Part shown: in pieces, positions 10,074 to 22,522 of the stretch
Layout of the letters: each line of letters opens with the position of its first letter
How positions within the stretch are numbered: position 1 is the stretch's first letter
Source of the DNA: Moniliella sp. 'wahieum'
Taxonomy: Eukaryota
Direction: 5' to 3'
DNA: 64,000 nucleotides
Assembly (NCBI GenBank): GCA_003971905.1
Contig: RSEE01000030.1
Coordinates: 248,001 to 312,000 of the forward strand
Notes under the pieces: model-generated
Databases searched by the model: none
What the model saw: only the letters and a program-made list of their open reading frames with translations
Told to the model about the DNA's origin: nothing
Translations under genes and position numbers: made by a program

Positions 10074-11304
10074 AGAAGTACGACGTGACACGTGCGATCA
10101 CTTGTGACAGGGGCTGTGACAGGGGCCGTGACATGGGATGTGACATGTGACGTGACATGTGACATGTGGCGCATCCCCAGGGGGGAACGCTGAGTTGAAA
10201 TGTGCAATGCGAGCCCGCAGCACGGTCGTCGGTACGCCGACAAAAGAGCGCGGCTGGAGAGACTGGCTCGCTTCTGCCGCCATGCCCAACACTCGCGCCA
10301 TTGCCCACCACCATCGCCACCACGCGGATCGACTTGGGATGGAATGTGCGACCGGTGCGGACGGGAAGCCATGCGATGCTTTTTGGCGGCCCCTGCATGG
10401 CCGCCTCCATCTGCCTCGCCGATTCTCCTGGGTCAGGGGCAACGGCAGAGGTGAAAGCCCCAGGCCAAGTGCCGGCGAGTGACCCAGCCCCCGTCCATGG
10501 TACCACAAGACCAAGTCAAAAAGGACCACCGGGCCACATGTCCACATGCCCAACCCAGACTTCCAAAAGGTACGTCGAACTGCACAGGCCAAACCTTGCT
10601 GGTTGGCGTTGTAACGTGCTATATCAAGGCGATGGGTGGTGATCGAAAAAAAAGTGATGGATTCTGGAAGCACAGACCAGAAGAAGGTCGATCGCTGCCG
10701 GAAACGGAGGAGAAGGGAGCTTGGCCCTCCTCCGTCAGAGAGACGGGGGAGAGGGATCAGGGTACTTGTGATGGTGGAGCAGCCCACACATGCAAAAGCC
10801 GTGTCAGCATCAAGGGGTGACATTTTCCCCCAGCGGAGCCTGAAAAGAGAATGCCCGGCATCTGGTCATCAGCGTCGGGTGCCCGATGGGAGGCCTGCCC
10901 CCGGCATTTCTTGGGATGGGAACACGGCACGACAGGACCCGACCGACCCAGTGTCGATCGCATTTGGGGATGGCAGAGGGGGTGAGGTGGCACGAACCAC
11001 TTCTGTGCGGACGATCTGTTGGGGACGAGGCAAGGTGCCAATGCGAGCCGCAACAATGCCGGCGACCGCCGCAAGAGGAGTGACCGGACCCAGTCGGTGC
11101 GAGCAGGCCCATTCAGTCTCGGTTGACGGTGGGGGCATGGACATTGTGTCGGTACTGTGGGGCGCATACATGTCCGTCGCAGATCATGGGCGCTCTTCAA
11201 CGGCCAACCCACGCTTCTCCTTACGTTGCGGTCAAGGTATGTTCCATCTCTCTTCTCCTCCTGTATTTCCACCGTGCTAACCCTTCCATTCCGGCCAGGT
11301 ACCC
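10074..11304 (+). repeat. Copy 1 of a diverged ~1.25 kb direct repeat, with a TGTGACA array at the 5' end and two intron-like segments
   Basis: Colinear with 12596-13848; shared blocks include CGACGTGACACGTGCGATCAC, GAGTTGAAATGTGCAATGCGAGCCCGCAGC, GTGGCACGAACCACTTCTGTGCGGACGATCTGTTGGGGACGAGGCAAGGTGCCAATGCGAGCCG and CCCTTCCATTCCGGCCAG. Confidence 0.93.
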
Positions 11305-11539
11305 ATGTCCAGGTACCCATGTCCTTCACGGCACGGCCTACCCTTTGGTTGGACCTCTGGCGTTCATCAACAAAGGCCAAGCAGAATGGAGGAGACAACC
11401 TACCTCCCCAAGTGGAGCCGTGACGGAGCACGATCCGTCGGCCTGGGCCGGTTTGGCCACCGTGGGAATTCAGGTCTTCGTCTGGCATTATCCACCGTGG
11501 GGCTGGGTTAAGGCCTGCGGGTTCGGCCTGGGGCCTGAT

Positions 11540-11758
11540 GAGGGCAGTGTGCTACCCGGCCTGCTCCGAGATACATGTCACACCGCACGGCAGCAGTCGA
11601 GGTAGCACAGTGTGCTGAAGCCGAGGCAGCGGCCTGAGGCTTGAGGGCAGTGTGCTGCCCGGCCTGCTCCGAGGCACATGTCACACCGCACGGCAGCAGT
11701 CGAGGCAGCACAGGTGCTGAAGCCGAGGCAGCGGCCTGAGGCCTGAGGGCAGTGTGCT
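11540..11758. repeat. Tandem repeat, ~102-103 bp unit, about 2.1 copies
   Basis: GAGGGCAGTGTGCT begins at 11540, 11643 and 11745, and the intervening sequences are nearly identical. Confidence 0.92.
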
Positions 11759-12595
11759 CCGCGCCGGTTGGGGCAAAAATGCCGCATATTGCCCAACGGC
11801 GGCGGGGGCGGGGGCATAAATAACCCCGGATGGGTGCAAAACTTCTTGTCTCCCTCCCACCACCTACCTTCTCGAACCGCTCACCCAGTACCGAAATGCT
11901 GCCCCTCCCGCCTCTGACCGAGTTCCAGTTCACCTTCCGCCTCTCTCCTCTGACCACGAGCCCGGGTCTGCCATCTAACTACACCCCCCCGCTACTGGCT
12001 GGCGCCCATCATTCCCATCCGAGCATCCGAACTTCCAAGTTGGGCACGATCGCAACGCCCAGCCAGGCCTTCGATTCTGCGCAAGAAGCCAAAGGCGGCT
12101 GAGGAGCGGGTGCTGGCGCCAGCGGTGCCCCGGGCCAGGTTCGATGTCAACACGGCCGAGCCTCGCGTGACCGTGCGCAAGCGTCGCCATGGGCCGATGG
12201 TGGTGGAGGTGCATTGCCCAGAGGTGGAGATGCAGGATGCATGGGACATGGTGGAGGAGGTGTATTGCCCTGAGGTGGAAATGGTGGACGCATGGGACCT
12301 GGACAATGACTTTGCTTTCGTTTTGTTTTCGTTTTGTTTTCGTCTTCGTTTCGTTGTTGTGTTGATCGTTGAAGAATGAGATTGGTTTAAAACTACAATG
12401 TGGTTGGTATATAGTATTGCATCACAATGTGAGGCCAAGGGTATGGAAAACGGGCGTCTGGGTAGATGAAGTGGATAGTAACGCTGGAGAGAAGGGATCT
12501 AGGAATGCCCGTGGGGATGAAGCTGCGTGGAGAGGAGGCATTGAATATCATCCTCGACTGGACCTCTTGATGCGAGGGGGGACGCACCCACTACT

Positions 12596-13848
12596 AGGAG
12601 TGCGACGTGACACGTGCGATCACATGTGAATGGGCTGTGACATGGCTGTGACATAGCTGTGACAGGGGATGTGACAGGGGATGTGACATGTGACATGGGA
12701 CGCATCCCCATGGGGAACGCGGAGTTGAAATGTGCAATGCGAGCCCGCAGCGCGGTCGTCGGTACGCCGACAAAAGAGCGCGGCTGAGACTGGCTCGCTT
12801 ATGCCGTCATGCCCAGCGCTCGCGCCATTGCCGCCACCATCGCCACCACGCGGATCGACTTGGGGATGGAATGTGCGACCGGTGCGGATGGAAAGCTATG
12901 CGATGCTTTTTGGCGGCCCCTGCATGGCCGCCTCCATCTGCCTCGCCGATTCTCCTGGGTCAGGGGCAACGGCGGATGAAAGCCCCAGGCCAAGTGCCGG
13001 CGGCCGGCGAGTGACCCAGCCCCCGTCCATGGTACCACAAGGACCAAGTCCAAAAGGACCACCGGGCCACATGTCCACATGCCCAACCCAGACTTCCAAA
13101 AGGTCCGTCGAACTGCACAGGCCAAACCTTGCTGGTTGGCGATTGTAACGTGCTAGATCAAGGCTATGTCTGATCGAGAAATCGTGTTTGATTCTGTACG
13201 CGCAGACGGAAAAGAAGATCGATCGCAGTCGGAGACGGAGGAGAATGGAGGTTGTGCCTCCTTCGTCAGAACCGGGGGAGAGGATCAGGGTACTTGTGAT
13301 GGTGGCGAGCAGCCCACACATGCAAATGCCGTCATTTATCAAGGGGAGAGGCATTGTCCCACAGCGGAGCCTGAATAGAGATTGCCCGGCCTCTGGTCAT
13401 CAGCGTTGGGGCCCGATGGGAGGCCCGCCCCCGGCGTTTCTTGGGATGGGAACCAATGTGGGACGAGCACGGCCCGACAGGACCCGACCAACCCATTGTC
13501 GATCGCATTTGGGATGGCAGAGGGGGTGAGGTGGCACGAACCACTTCTGTGCGGACGATCTGTTGGGGACGAGGCAAGGTGCCAATGCGAGCCGTGTCAA
13601 TGCTGGCGACCGCCGGAAGAGGTGTGACCGGACCCAGTCGGTGCGAACCGGCCCATTCAGTCTTGGTTGACGCGGGGGCATGGAAAAAGTGAAGGTATTG
13701 GGGCGCATACATGTTCGTCGCAGAACATGGGCGCTCTTCGAGGGCCAACCCACGCGTCTCCTTATGTTGCGGTCAAGGTATATGTTTCAACTCTCCCCCC
13801 TCCTGTATTGTTCCACTGATCTAACCCTTCCATTCCGGCCAGTTACCC
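12596..13848 (+). repeat. Copy 2 of the diverged ~1.25 kb direct repeat
   Basis: See copy 1 at 10074-11304. The copies differ by many substitutions and indels, and similarity stops just after the shared CCGGCCAG acceptor-like site. Confidence 0.93.
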
Positions 13849-13899
13849 TCCCCAAAGTTAGGCCATGCCCTGAGTTGTACAAGCTGTTTGCGGAACTGC

Positions 13900-15233
13900 G
13901 CGGCACACTGGGAAGTGACAGAAGATTTGGCCAGATACGTCTGTAAAACGGAACAGTGGCCTTCCAGTTTTCCGCCCACACCCCGTCGCGTCCTCTTGCT
14001 CCACAGTCGGTTCGTTGTGGATGTGAATTCCCGGGATGGGGCGCACAAGATTGAAGGTTGGCTCCCGCAGAGCCTCGTTCGATGCGCCAGTTTGGACTGG
14101 GTGTGGTGCAAGCCAAGATGCGCCCAAGCGAGGAGATCAGACCACTCAGTTGCACTTATATATACGCGAGGAACAGGACAGGATGGGGATGGCCCGAGAC
14201 TAATCTGACTATCCTTGCCGGAGAGCACGAGAGGTACTTGGTTGCTGACATTGAGGCAAGTCTAGTGTAGTTGAACGTCATTGCTGTCCTCAACGATATT
14301 GCGCCCATCGGCCCCGTTGAGGTTCTTGAGTAGCTCTTGATGACTCCCTTCTCCCACTTCTTCCAACATCGCTTGTGCTGTGTCGTAAATGCGTTTTCCG
14401 GCGTGTATACGTGCGTGGGGGCAACAAAAGTGTCAATAAGATGGTCGTTGATCTCATTGGCCGCATCACTCGCGTGGAGCGCAATGCTAGCAGAGCGGAA
14501 GCCGTATCCTCCCATCGAAGAGGCAGGCTCATGAGGGGGTGTCAAAGTGATCGTCCTTCCTCCCTAGTTGAGGGTCGTCGTTCTCTCCGATCCACCGAAG
14601 CTCCGTGCGGATGGAAACGTCAATCTGGGCTAGCACATTGCCCTGCTCTCCCACTGCCATCTGCATGATATGAAACCAGCAGGGTCAGCTTGGTTCTGAG
14701 ATAGTCGGCCATTACAAAGAGGCGTCCTTGAAGGCGATGCTATCAAACTCAGATGCATCCAGCTCAGGTGTCACGACCCATGATGCACCTAATCTGGCCC
14801 TATACTTGTCCCGTTCGACGCACACTCGCGGGTTGAGTGCGAGAGCTGACGTGTCTCCATATCCAAAATCATGGCTCCACAGGCGGAACGCCTGTCTCTT
14901 AGCCGAAAATGGTAATCTCGTCCAGCTACGTCGTCCACGAGGTGACCCATCCCAATCTTGGCTTGCAAATTCTCCAAACTTGGCCGCACCGCAATGAAGA
15001 ACAAGAAAGGACAGGGGGTCGCCCTGTCGAACACGGGCCGTTGTTCCCGTCTGAAGCAACCCGAAGCTGGGTGGGTGCCATAGATCCACCGGCCCAGAAA
15101 GGAGATAATAGTGGGCCTAACAGTGGGGCGCGTTGACGAGTGTGCGACGCGCACAACCGAGCATGGCGGCGCGGTTGAACTTGCTTAGCTCCAGGACCTC
15201 CTCCCGAGTTGCCGCTGTTATGCGCTCGACCAT
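13900..15233 (-). CDS. Possible hypothetical protein or gene relic (frameshifted)
   Basis: Successive protein-like minus-strand segments (MVERITAATREEVLELSK..., FRLWSHDFGYGD..., EINDHLIDTFVAPTHVY...). No family recognised; ends uncertain. Confidence 0.25.
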
Positions 15234-15511
15234 CCGCACGATAATGCTGGGGGCTGTGTGGCCTGATGCATGATGCATGATGCTGTATCCAAGGCAGCAA
15301 ACAGAAGAGGAAGCCCAGTTGAAATTGCAAGCGCAGTGCTGCTTACGTACGGTGATTTGTTGGGGCGGGCTGGTCAGCTGGGTGGGCCAGGGTGCGCCGT
15401 GCCCGCGGCCGGCCTGAGGGTCGTCTGAGAGCGGTGCCCACAACTTCAACTTCAGCTTCGTCCTTTTACCCAGCAAAGCCAACGCACCCTTCCTTGGCTA
15501 CCTTGACCATC

Positions 15512-17650
15512 ATGGAGCCGCCGGTGAGGCAACAGACCAGCTCCGCCTCATCCTCGAGCCCCCCACGCCGCTCTGGCTGAGGCCATTACCCGAGGCCGTC
15601 CGCCTGGCGCGAAGCTGGCCAGGGAGAGGACGCGTCCGGGGCCGGGGCGCGCTTGTTGGCCGTGGGAGCATCGGGGGAATGATCTGGCAAACGTGGCGGA
15701 CAGCACGCCGCCCTTGTCAGAGCGTGCACGGCGACTGGGGCGCAAACAGGCGACTTTTCCAAGTTCCGCGCTGACCTACTACGGCACGTGTGGAGCGCGG
15801 GACGGAAGATGCGGTGGGGAGCTTGCGTCCGAGACCGAGGCCGATGCGACGGCACCCCTCTCCAACGAAGGCAGAAGGAAGCGGCTGAGGCCTGCTCAAC
15901 CAGAGGCTAGCTCAGCTTCCGTTCCAAGCCAATGAGTGGGCTGATGACGATCGAAGAGATGCGTGGGTTGAAGAGACGATGATGGCACATCTTTCGGCCG
16001 CGCAGCATGCTGCCTACTTAGCCACATGCTCGTCTCCCTTCTCGTCCTCAGCGGCAGGGAAAAAGAGAAAGAAGCGCGTTCAGGTACGAGTGCGAATGGG
16101 GGTGCGGGTGCCCTGGGCGGCGCTGGCGAGGCAGGAGATCGCTCGGCTCGAGCCGTGTCTGCCGCTCCCTCTGCTTCCGGCTCGGCCGCTGCCGAGCCTC
16201 CTCCTGCGGCGGAATGGGGGTTGGATCCGAGTGTTCTTGGGGTATCCCGCCTGCAGCTACGAGAAGATCCATTGGACAGTCTTGTTATTGAGGAGGATGC
16301 CGAGGCGGAGGGAGCGGAGCAGGACACCGATCGCCCCGCCAATCTGGTGGGCGCCCTCGTTCGGATTACGAGGTGGCCCGGGCTGCGGCGCGCAAACTGG
16401 CCATCCGACGACAGGGCATGCGTTCCGCCGTCGATATTCTGCGCCATGGGGCGGGGCGGTTAGCGGCAGCAGGGGGTGCCTCCCGAACCCAACTGGGTTC
16501 CTGCCGATCCGGCCTCAGGCCTAGCCTCGGGCCCCTGGGCGAAGACCACACGGACGAGGAGCGGCACCAGACTGTGCTTACTCGTGCTACCGAGCAGAAT
16601 GCACTGGTGGACCAGGCAGAGACGTTGCGATGGGAAGCCTTGCGGCGCCTGCGCCGGTCCGCTCTGGCTGGGCCCTGAAGCCTGGCAAACCAGTGGAGGA
16701 CGAGTTGAGAAGGACAGAGGGTCTGCTGCTACAAGGGTTGCCGCACTACAACAAACACGAAGAGGCGCGGGACTTGTGGATTGGCTACGGAGTGCCAGAA
16801 GGTATGTTTTCATTCTTTGCCTTGCGTATGCGGCTCGGCTGACTCGAGCGGTGGGTGGAGTACGGTTGGGGTAGCTGCGGTGCCGTACCGACGCAACACG
16901 CTGGCCTACCTTTCTCCTAGGGTGAATCAGTGGAATCAGACTTGGATGCTGGGGCGCTGGCGGAACCGGAAGAGATACCAGATCTTGGCACGCCAGTGGT
17001 CTTTCCACCACAAAAGGCGCAACGGCTAGCCGTCAGCTTTGTCCTACGACAACCTGCTCCAGCTGAGCCGGACGGAATGAAGACCACGGCAGATCAAGTG
17101 TGGGTTCTGACCAGTGAGCCGGTTCAGGGCATGTCCGTCCCGCGTGTCCAGGCCCAGGGATTGGACCGTGTTCGAGCACGGGGCCAGGCAAGCGGCCGAT
17201 CGGGAGCTGTTTGACGAGATTGTGCGCCAAGCGCGCTCGCTTTCGGGCACATACGATCTTCAGATCCATCCTGGCTCGGTCGAAATGGCAATCAGCAATC
17301 ACCTTTCTGTCCGCTGGTCTTTGGTCTCTGACACGAGCGGCCCGGCCTGGACGCCATCCGGCGAGGCGGAGGAGGAAGAGGACACCGACGCCGGAGCGAC
17401 GGTGCAGTATTCGGCACTGGCAGCAAGTGTGGGTGCGATGGCACGGCTCGCGCTCGCGGCGCGCTACCGCGAGGTGGTGGGGGGCTACCAGCAGGCACGA
17501 CAGCGGGAACGGTGGCGGGGGTGGTGGAGCCGGGGGGGCGTATTTTGTATGTGCACATGGTATTGCGGGTGCGGCGGCGCTGGGGCAAAGCCTGGGCGGG
17601 TGAGCTCAGGGGCGGAGGGGGAGAGGGCTCGGCGTGGGTGGAGAAAATGA
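15512..17650 (+). CDS. MED17: Mediator subunit Med17 (Srb4)-like, multiple frameshifts
   Basis: Joined frames give QLRLILEPP, LSERARRL..GDFSKFRADLL, MTIEEMRGLK..MMAHLSAAQHAAY..HMLVSLLV, RWEALRRLR..GWALKPG, ARDLWIGYGVPE, YRRNTLAYLS and DRELFDEIVRQAR. This is the motif order I recall for basidiomycete Med17. The 3' end is uncertain. Confidence 0.62.
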
Positions 17651-18604
17651 TGGGCGGTGGGGGACTACGGCGAGAGCTGGGATGCGCGGTGGGGGAGGGG
17701 CGATGGGCGAGTGAGCGGACAGCGCTGGCGGGGAGTGCGACGGTGGTGGGAAAGGGCGGGGGGTGCGGTGGCGGTGCTGGCGCTGGGTGGCCGGAGGGTG
17801 GCGCTGGCGCTGCCGCGACGGGCGGTGCGGCTGGAGCGGCCGGCGTGGGAGCGGGCGGCCGAGGACGCTGCGGCCGAGGTGCGGTGGTGGGGCCGGCAGG
17901 CCGAGGGAGCAAGGGCGGGCACGCCGAGCATATCGAGAGTACTGAGGCCGCAGGCCTGAATGCACGCAGCATGGCGGTGCGATAGAGTGGCGCGGTGCGT
18001 GGGGCCACGTGGGGGCAGGTGTGGGGCGGGGTAGTCGGGGTCAGCAACTCAGTACTCAGTCCGTTGGCGCGGTGGAGCAGACGAGGAGCGCGATGCGAGG
18101 ATAAGCGGGAGGCGGGAAGCGGTAGCCGGTGTTGTAGCCGCGAGTACTCGGACGTGCCGCCAGTCGAGTGCGCGGCAGCAGAGCGCTGTGCGGCGGAGCC
18201 ACCGATGTGGATGCGGCCCCAGCTGAGGTGTGAGATGTGAGTGTGAGATGTGTGGTCTGAGAGAGCAGCATGCAACTCGGCTGCTCCGCTTCCCAGTGTG
18301 TTTGGGGCGTGTGCGCCGCTCCCCCATTCTGCGCCAACACGCTGTCGCCCCCATCAAGCATGTAGTGCCGCAGGCGGTGCCCCCCTTTGTCGGGCCCGCT
18401 TTCACGCCTCCCCACCACGTGCTGCCCCCGCCCGGCCCACCTCCAGCAGCATGCTTCCGCCCCCGCCTGCCGGCCACTGCCAACCGGCGGATGCCCCGCA
18501 CGCACGCCGCCATGCGCCACTCCAGCTCTCCCATCACCACTTCCCGCTCCTTGCTCCTGCCATGCCAGCACCCACAGGCACACTCAAAGTCTGGCTCCAC
18601 GGCC

Positions 18605-21600
18605 ATGTCCATGGCCACAACCATGACCTTCCTCCCCCACCCCACTCCCGTTGGGCCACCCACTCCGTGGCTTCGCCCTCCTCCTCCCACCACCAGCCTT
18701 ATCCTTCTGCCTCCCTCCTCACCCGCCCCTCCCAGCCCCACCAACGAACGGACAATGCTGGCATACCGCCCTGCCGCCGGACCCTTTCAATCCGCCCGCA
18801 ATTCAAGTGTCCATTGAGGTGCGGCCCCTATCGGACGAGGTCACAATGTTTGGGTCGAGTCAAACTTCAACCCACTACTCCCTCGCCGGCACCACCGTCT
18901 TGACCGTCAGACGCAAACCCACGTCCGTCTTGGCCGCCCCTTCTCGCCTCCTCTGCCGACTTGCCCGATGAGCTGTTGCATGTGCGACGCATCCAAGTCG
19001 CATTTACTGGCTACTCTCTTTTTCATGACCACGCCGGCCACTTTGCTGCCGTCAAGCTCGCCGATGTCAAACACGAGCTCTACCACCGGAGGGTGCTCAC
19101 ATCTCCCTGCCGGTCTCGTTGTTCCAGGTTCTGATCGGCCAGTCCATTCTACCCCTCTGGATCGGACTCCTCGGCCCCCTCTCTCGCCGACCATGCACCT
19201 AAGGACCGCGCAGCATCCTCCGCAGTAACTGCAGCAGGTACTACCCAAATACTTTCGAACCCCTCCAATTCGAGATTGAATTTGACATTCCAATAGCAGG
19301 AGCTTACCCCATCTCTCCGGACGTCGTTTGGGGCAACGTTTTACACATTGCAAGCACAGGTTGAGTTTTCTCCCTCGCCGTCTTTGCGTACCTCTCTTCG
19401 TACAAACCGCCCTGCGTTCCGCCCCAATGCCCCGTCACGGGTACCCCCTGCGAATACGATAATCGGCGCACGTCCAGTCTCGGCAACCTCGCATGTCGCC
19501 GTGTCGCATCACCACGGAGTGGGCCCCCTGGCCAAGCGGCTAGCTTTCTGGGCTTCCTGGGCCATACACCACAGGCAACGGAACCAATGTGGGACCGTCG
19601 GCCATTTTATCTACTTCGGCAACCTTTGAGGGCGCCCAGCGCCCGCCCTTCCAGTCCAAGGTGAAAACGTCCCCCCTCAGGGGTACATCGTCTATGCAAT
19701 TCTCTTTGCCTCCCGCGCAGCGGGCTATCCCGGGGCAGGAGAAGTGCCCTTGTTGAAAGCAACAGCAAGGGAAAAAGTCGATCTCGTTGGTTTGTTGGCA
19801 ATCGGACTTCGCATATAAGGCGCCACAGTACATCACCTACCTCCCCTTGCCTACTTGCAATACAGACCACATTTCTCTGGCCTCGCATCTCGCACAAGGC
19901 ATTGAGAGGGATGCATCGTCCCGATTTGAAGCCGCCCGTTCCGTTAGTGCTTCTGCTGCTCCGCATGGATTCAACCAGCAGACCGTGCTCCGTGTTGGTT
20001 CTTCCCCCGTATCAAGTCCAGTGATGGTGGTGGTGCTACGCAGATGTAGGGACGTGGTACCTGCTCCTGTAGCCCGGGTTGTCCAGGGCAACTTGACAGG
20101 CATCCCATGGACCCACCTGCCACCCCGACAGCCACTGCCGCCCCTACCACAACTGCAACACTACCATCCAACAGTCCAACTCCTGTTTATCCGGCATCCC
20201 TGCCGACATCACGTGGTGTCCGGCGTTCGGCTTCTGTACTCCGCGCGACGTCGATGGAGGGAAGAACGAGCCGAGAACGGACGGGCGAAGCCAATTCGTC
20301 AGCCTCACCCGCGCCTGAAGAGAAGCCTACCCCCCACCCCGCCTCTAACGATGGCCAGCGTCGTACGAATGCAAGGCACATCTATTCCTCATCTGGAGAA
20401 ACAGAAGGCGTGCGGATGCGTTACTTTGCCCATCGCCCTGTGCTGCAGGCTCCGCGTGCATTCCATTCCGCAGCTGAGGCCAAGATCGCCCAGGTCCAGC
20501 GCCGTGCTGAGAAGGAGGGTAGAAGCATCCCGGCATTGGCCAGTCTTGAGCAGAAGTACTCGACTCGACTTCCTCTTCAACTCGTCCTTTCCGTCCCAGC
20601 TCACGTCCACACACGCGGCCCAAACACAGGGATGCTCACCTTCACCATCCATCTGAGTCTGGCCCACCCACACAGTGGGCATGGAGGTATATACGCCAGC
20701 ATGGTGGCCTCCGTCTGCGAACGATGGAAATGGCCTGCATCCAGACCGAAAAGCATTGGTACGTTTGCCTTCTTCTTTCTGTTGGTCCCAATTCAATTGA
20801 TTGGAGTGAAACTGACGGTGGTTTCTTGACAGTACCGTTCCTTCTCGTACCTTTCGCTTCAATTTCCCCCTTTTGTTGGATAGCCCAATCGATGCTAAGG
20901 ATCTACCAGAGATTGGAGAACCGAATCATGTCCCCCGCTCGCGTGCGTTGGGGCCAGAGGAGACTCATTTACGCAAGGGGTACGACCGTCACTGTGTGGA
21001 GCGCTGCCAGCAAATTCTTCTGGCCGGCTTGGGTCCCACGGCGGCGGAGCAGAATGCGGAAGTGTCGAGAGTCATCACCATTGGCCCTCCCACCGCCATG
21101 CCCAGCAGCAAGAATACGAATGCTGCTGCGAATTTAGGTTCAGGGGTCGATCCGATTGGTCCCGCTCCCTCGCCCGCTCTGAACGACGTGGTCGGTTCAT
21201 CGTCCACTCCGGGTCTAGAGAAGACCAATCCGCGAAGATTGGGACTGGATGGTGGGTGGGCTGCGCGCGAAATTGGACCAAATCTCCCTGTGGGTTCTCC
21301 CTACCAGGCCTGTGCGATGGAGCACCAAGTAACCAGGAAATGGCACACGCACGAGCTGTCCATGCCCATGGGCTCGCTCCATCCCGCTCGGCTTCACTTT
21401 CTACCGTGGTACCCCCAGCGTCCACTCCCACGCCCGATCGTCAATTTCCCGCAGGCTCGTCTCAGCGTCGGCGCCTCGCCGCGTTGGCCTGGCATCGGTT
21501 TACTGGTCTTACCTCTTCTGTAGGGGACACTGACGTGGACCCGATGATGCGTGATGATCCAGGCGATGTGGAAGAGTTGGATTTGTCAGTGCAGGAGGGG

Positions 21601-22522
21601 CGTCGCTCGTCGGCCCAAATAGGGACGGCTGTCCCTCCTGGAGCAGGATCTGCTCCGATCGCAAGTAATCCCCCCGCTGCAGCGTCTGCCTCGACCTCCG
21701 GCAAGACACATCTGGAAAGGGCAAAGAGCCAGAGTCCCATGCTTCTTACACCTTTGATGGGGCCGATGGTCATGGGCTGGATCTCACTTCCGCTGGTGTA
21801 AAAATGACGGTGAACCTGCCGCTCGTCACCTTGCCCGAGATGCAAGACGGCACGTCGGAGGCTGCAGCGCTGATGCCAGATTTCGATGGTCCCTTTTCCC
21901 GCATCCGTCATCGTTTGCAGCTCAAACTCTCCTTCCATGCAGCCAGGTCGGCACAATGGGGGTGGTCTCAATCGCTGATGATCGCTGTGCCCATCCGGTT
22001 CTCCGAACCTCCACCGGGTCTGGCCCCAGCGGAGCAGCTAGGCTCTGGACACCCATCACGAGGGCCTGCCCCGCGCGCGCGAGCGACGTGGTAGAACCCT
22101 TACCGGCCTATACCCAGCTCTTTCATGAAGACGGCACGCGCCTCTCGGAGGAAGGAGAAGACCTTCCGCGGTACCCGGGACGCTGCCAGCTGGGCGAAAC
22201 GTCAGAGGACAACTCGTCGCTAGAGCTGGCCGAGTCTGCCCGCCCAGTCAGTCCAGCGTTGGTGTTCCGGTCCGGGGCCGGGCCGAGTTTGAGGCCGGCA
22301 GAGGGAGCGGCCGGGGCGTCTCCCTCCTGCTCCTCCGGCCTCGGTTCGAGCGTGGCAGTGGCAGTGGAAGCATCAGAGGACAGAGCCGCAGTCGCGCAGT
22401 ATCATCAGGACGAGCAAGTGGACGTGGAGACAGTTGGGGTGGACGAGAGGGGTATGACGAACGGTTGTGAAGTCTGTGCTTTCGGGGGAGGGGTAGGTGC
22501 CTCTGCTGCCATCACATCCTAG
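18605..22522 (+). CDS. Large arrestin-like protein with C-terminal PY motifs (frameshifted, intron-containing)
   Basis: N-terminal IEVRPLSDEVTMFG..HYSLAGTTVLTV; C-terminal LMPDFDGPFSRIRHRLQLKLSF and SLMIAVPIRF are arrestin-C-like; LPAYTQLFHEDGTRLSEEGEDLPRY supplies two LPxY motifs. Exon structure not fully resolved. Confidence 0.55.

Noticed and set aside
11540..11758. CRISPR-like array
   Set aside because: Eukaryotic context, whole-unit tandem duplication without unique spacers, and no cas genes.
12590..12630. Helitron 3' end (hairpin plus CTAG) on the minus strand at the start of repeat copy 2
   Set aside because: The hairpin is weak and copy 1 lacks the CTAG.
15005..15040. VRQGDPLS peptide on the minus strand resembling LINE reverse-transcriptase motif B
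   Set aside because: No YADD motif or other RT motifs at the expected distances; probably coincidental.
17292..18275. Long Pro/Ala-rich minus-strand ORF and other GC-rich ORFs in the track
   Set aside because: Extreme GC content yields open frames on both strands and no recognisable domain is present. A small gene starting MLRAFRPAAS (~17972) is possible but unsupported.
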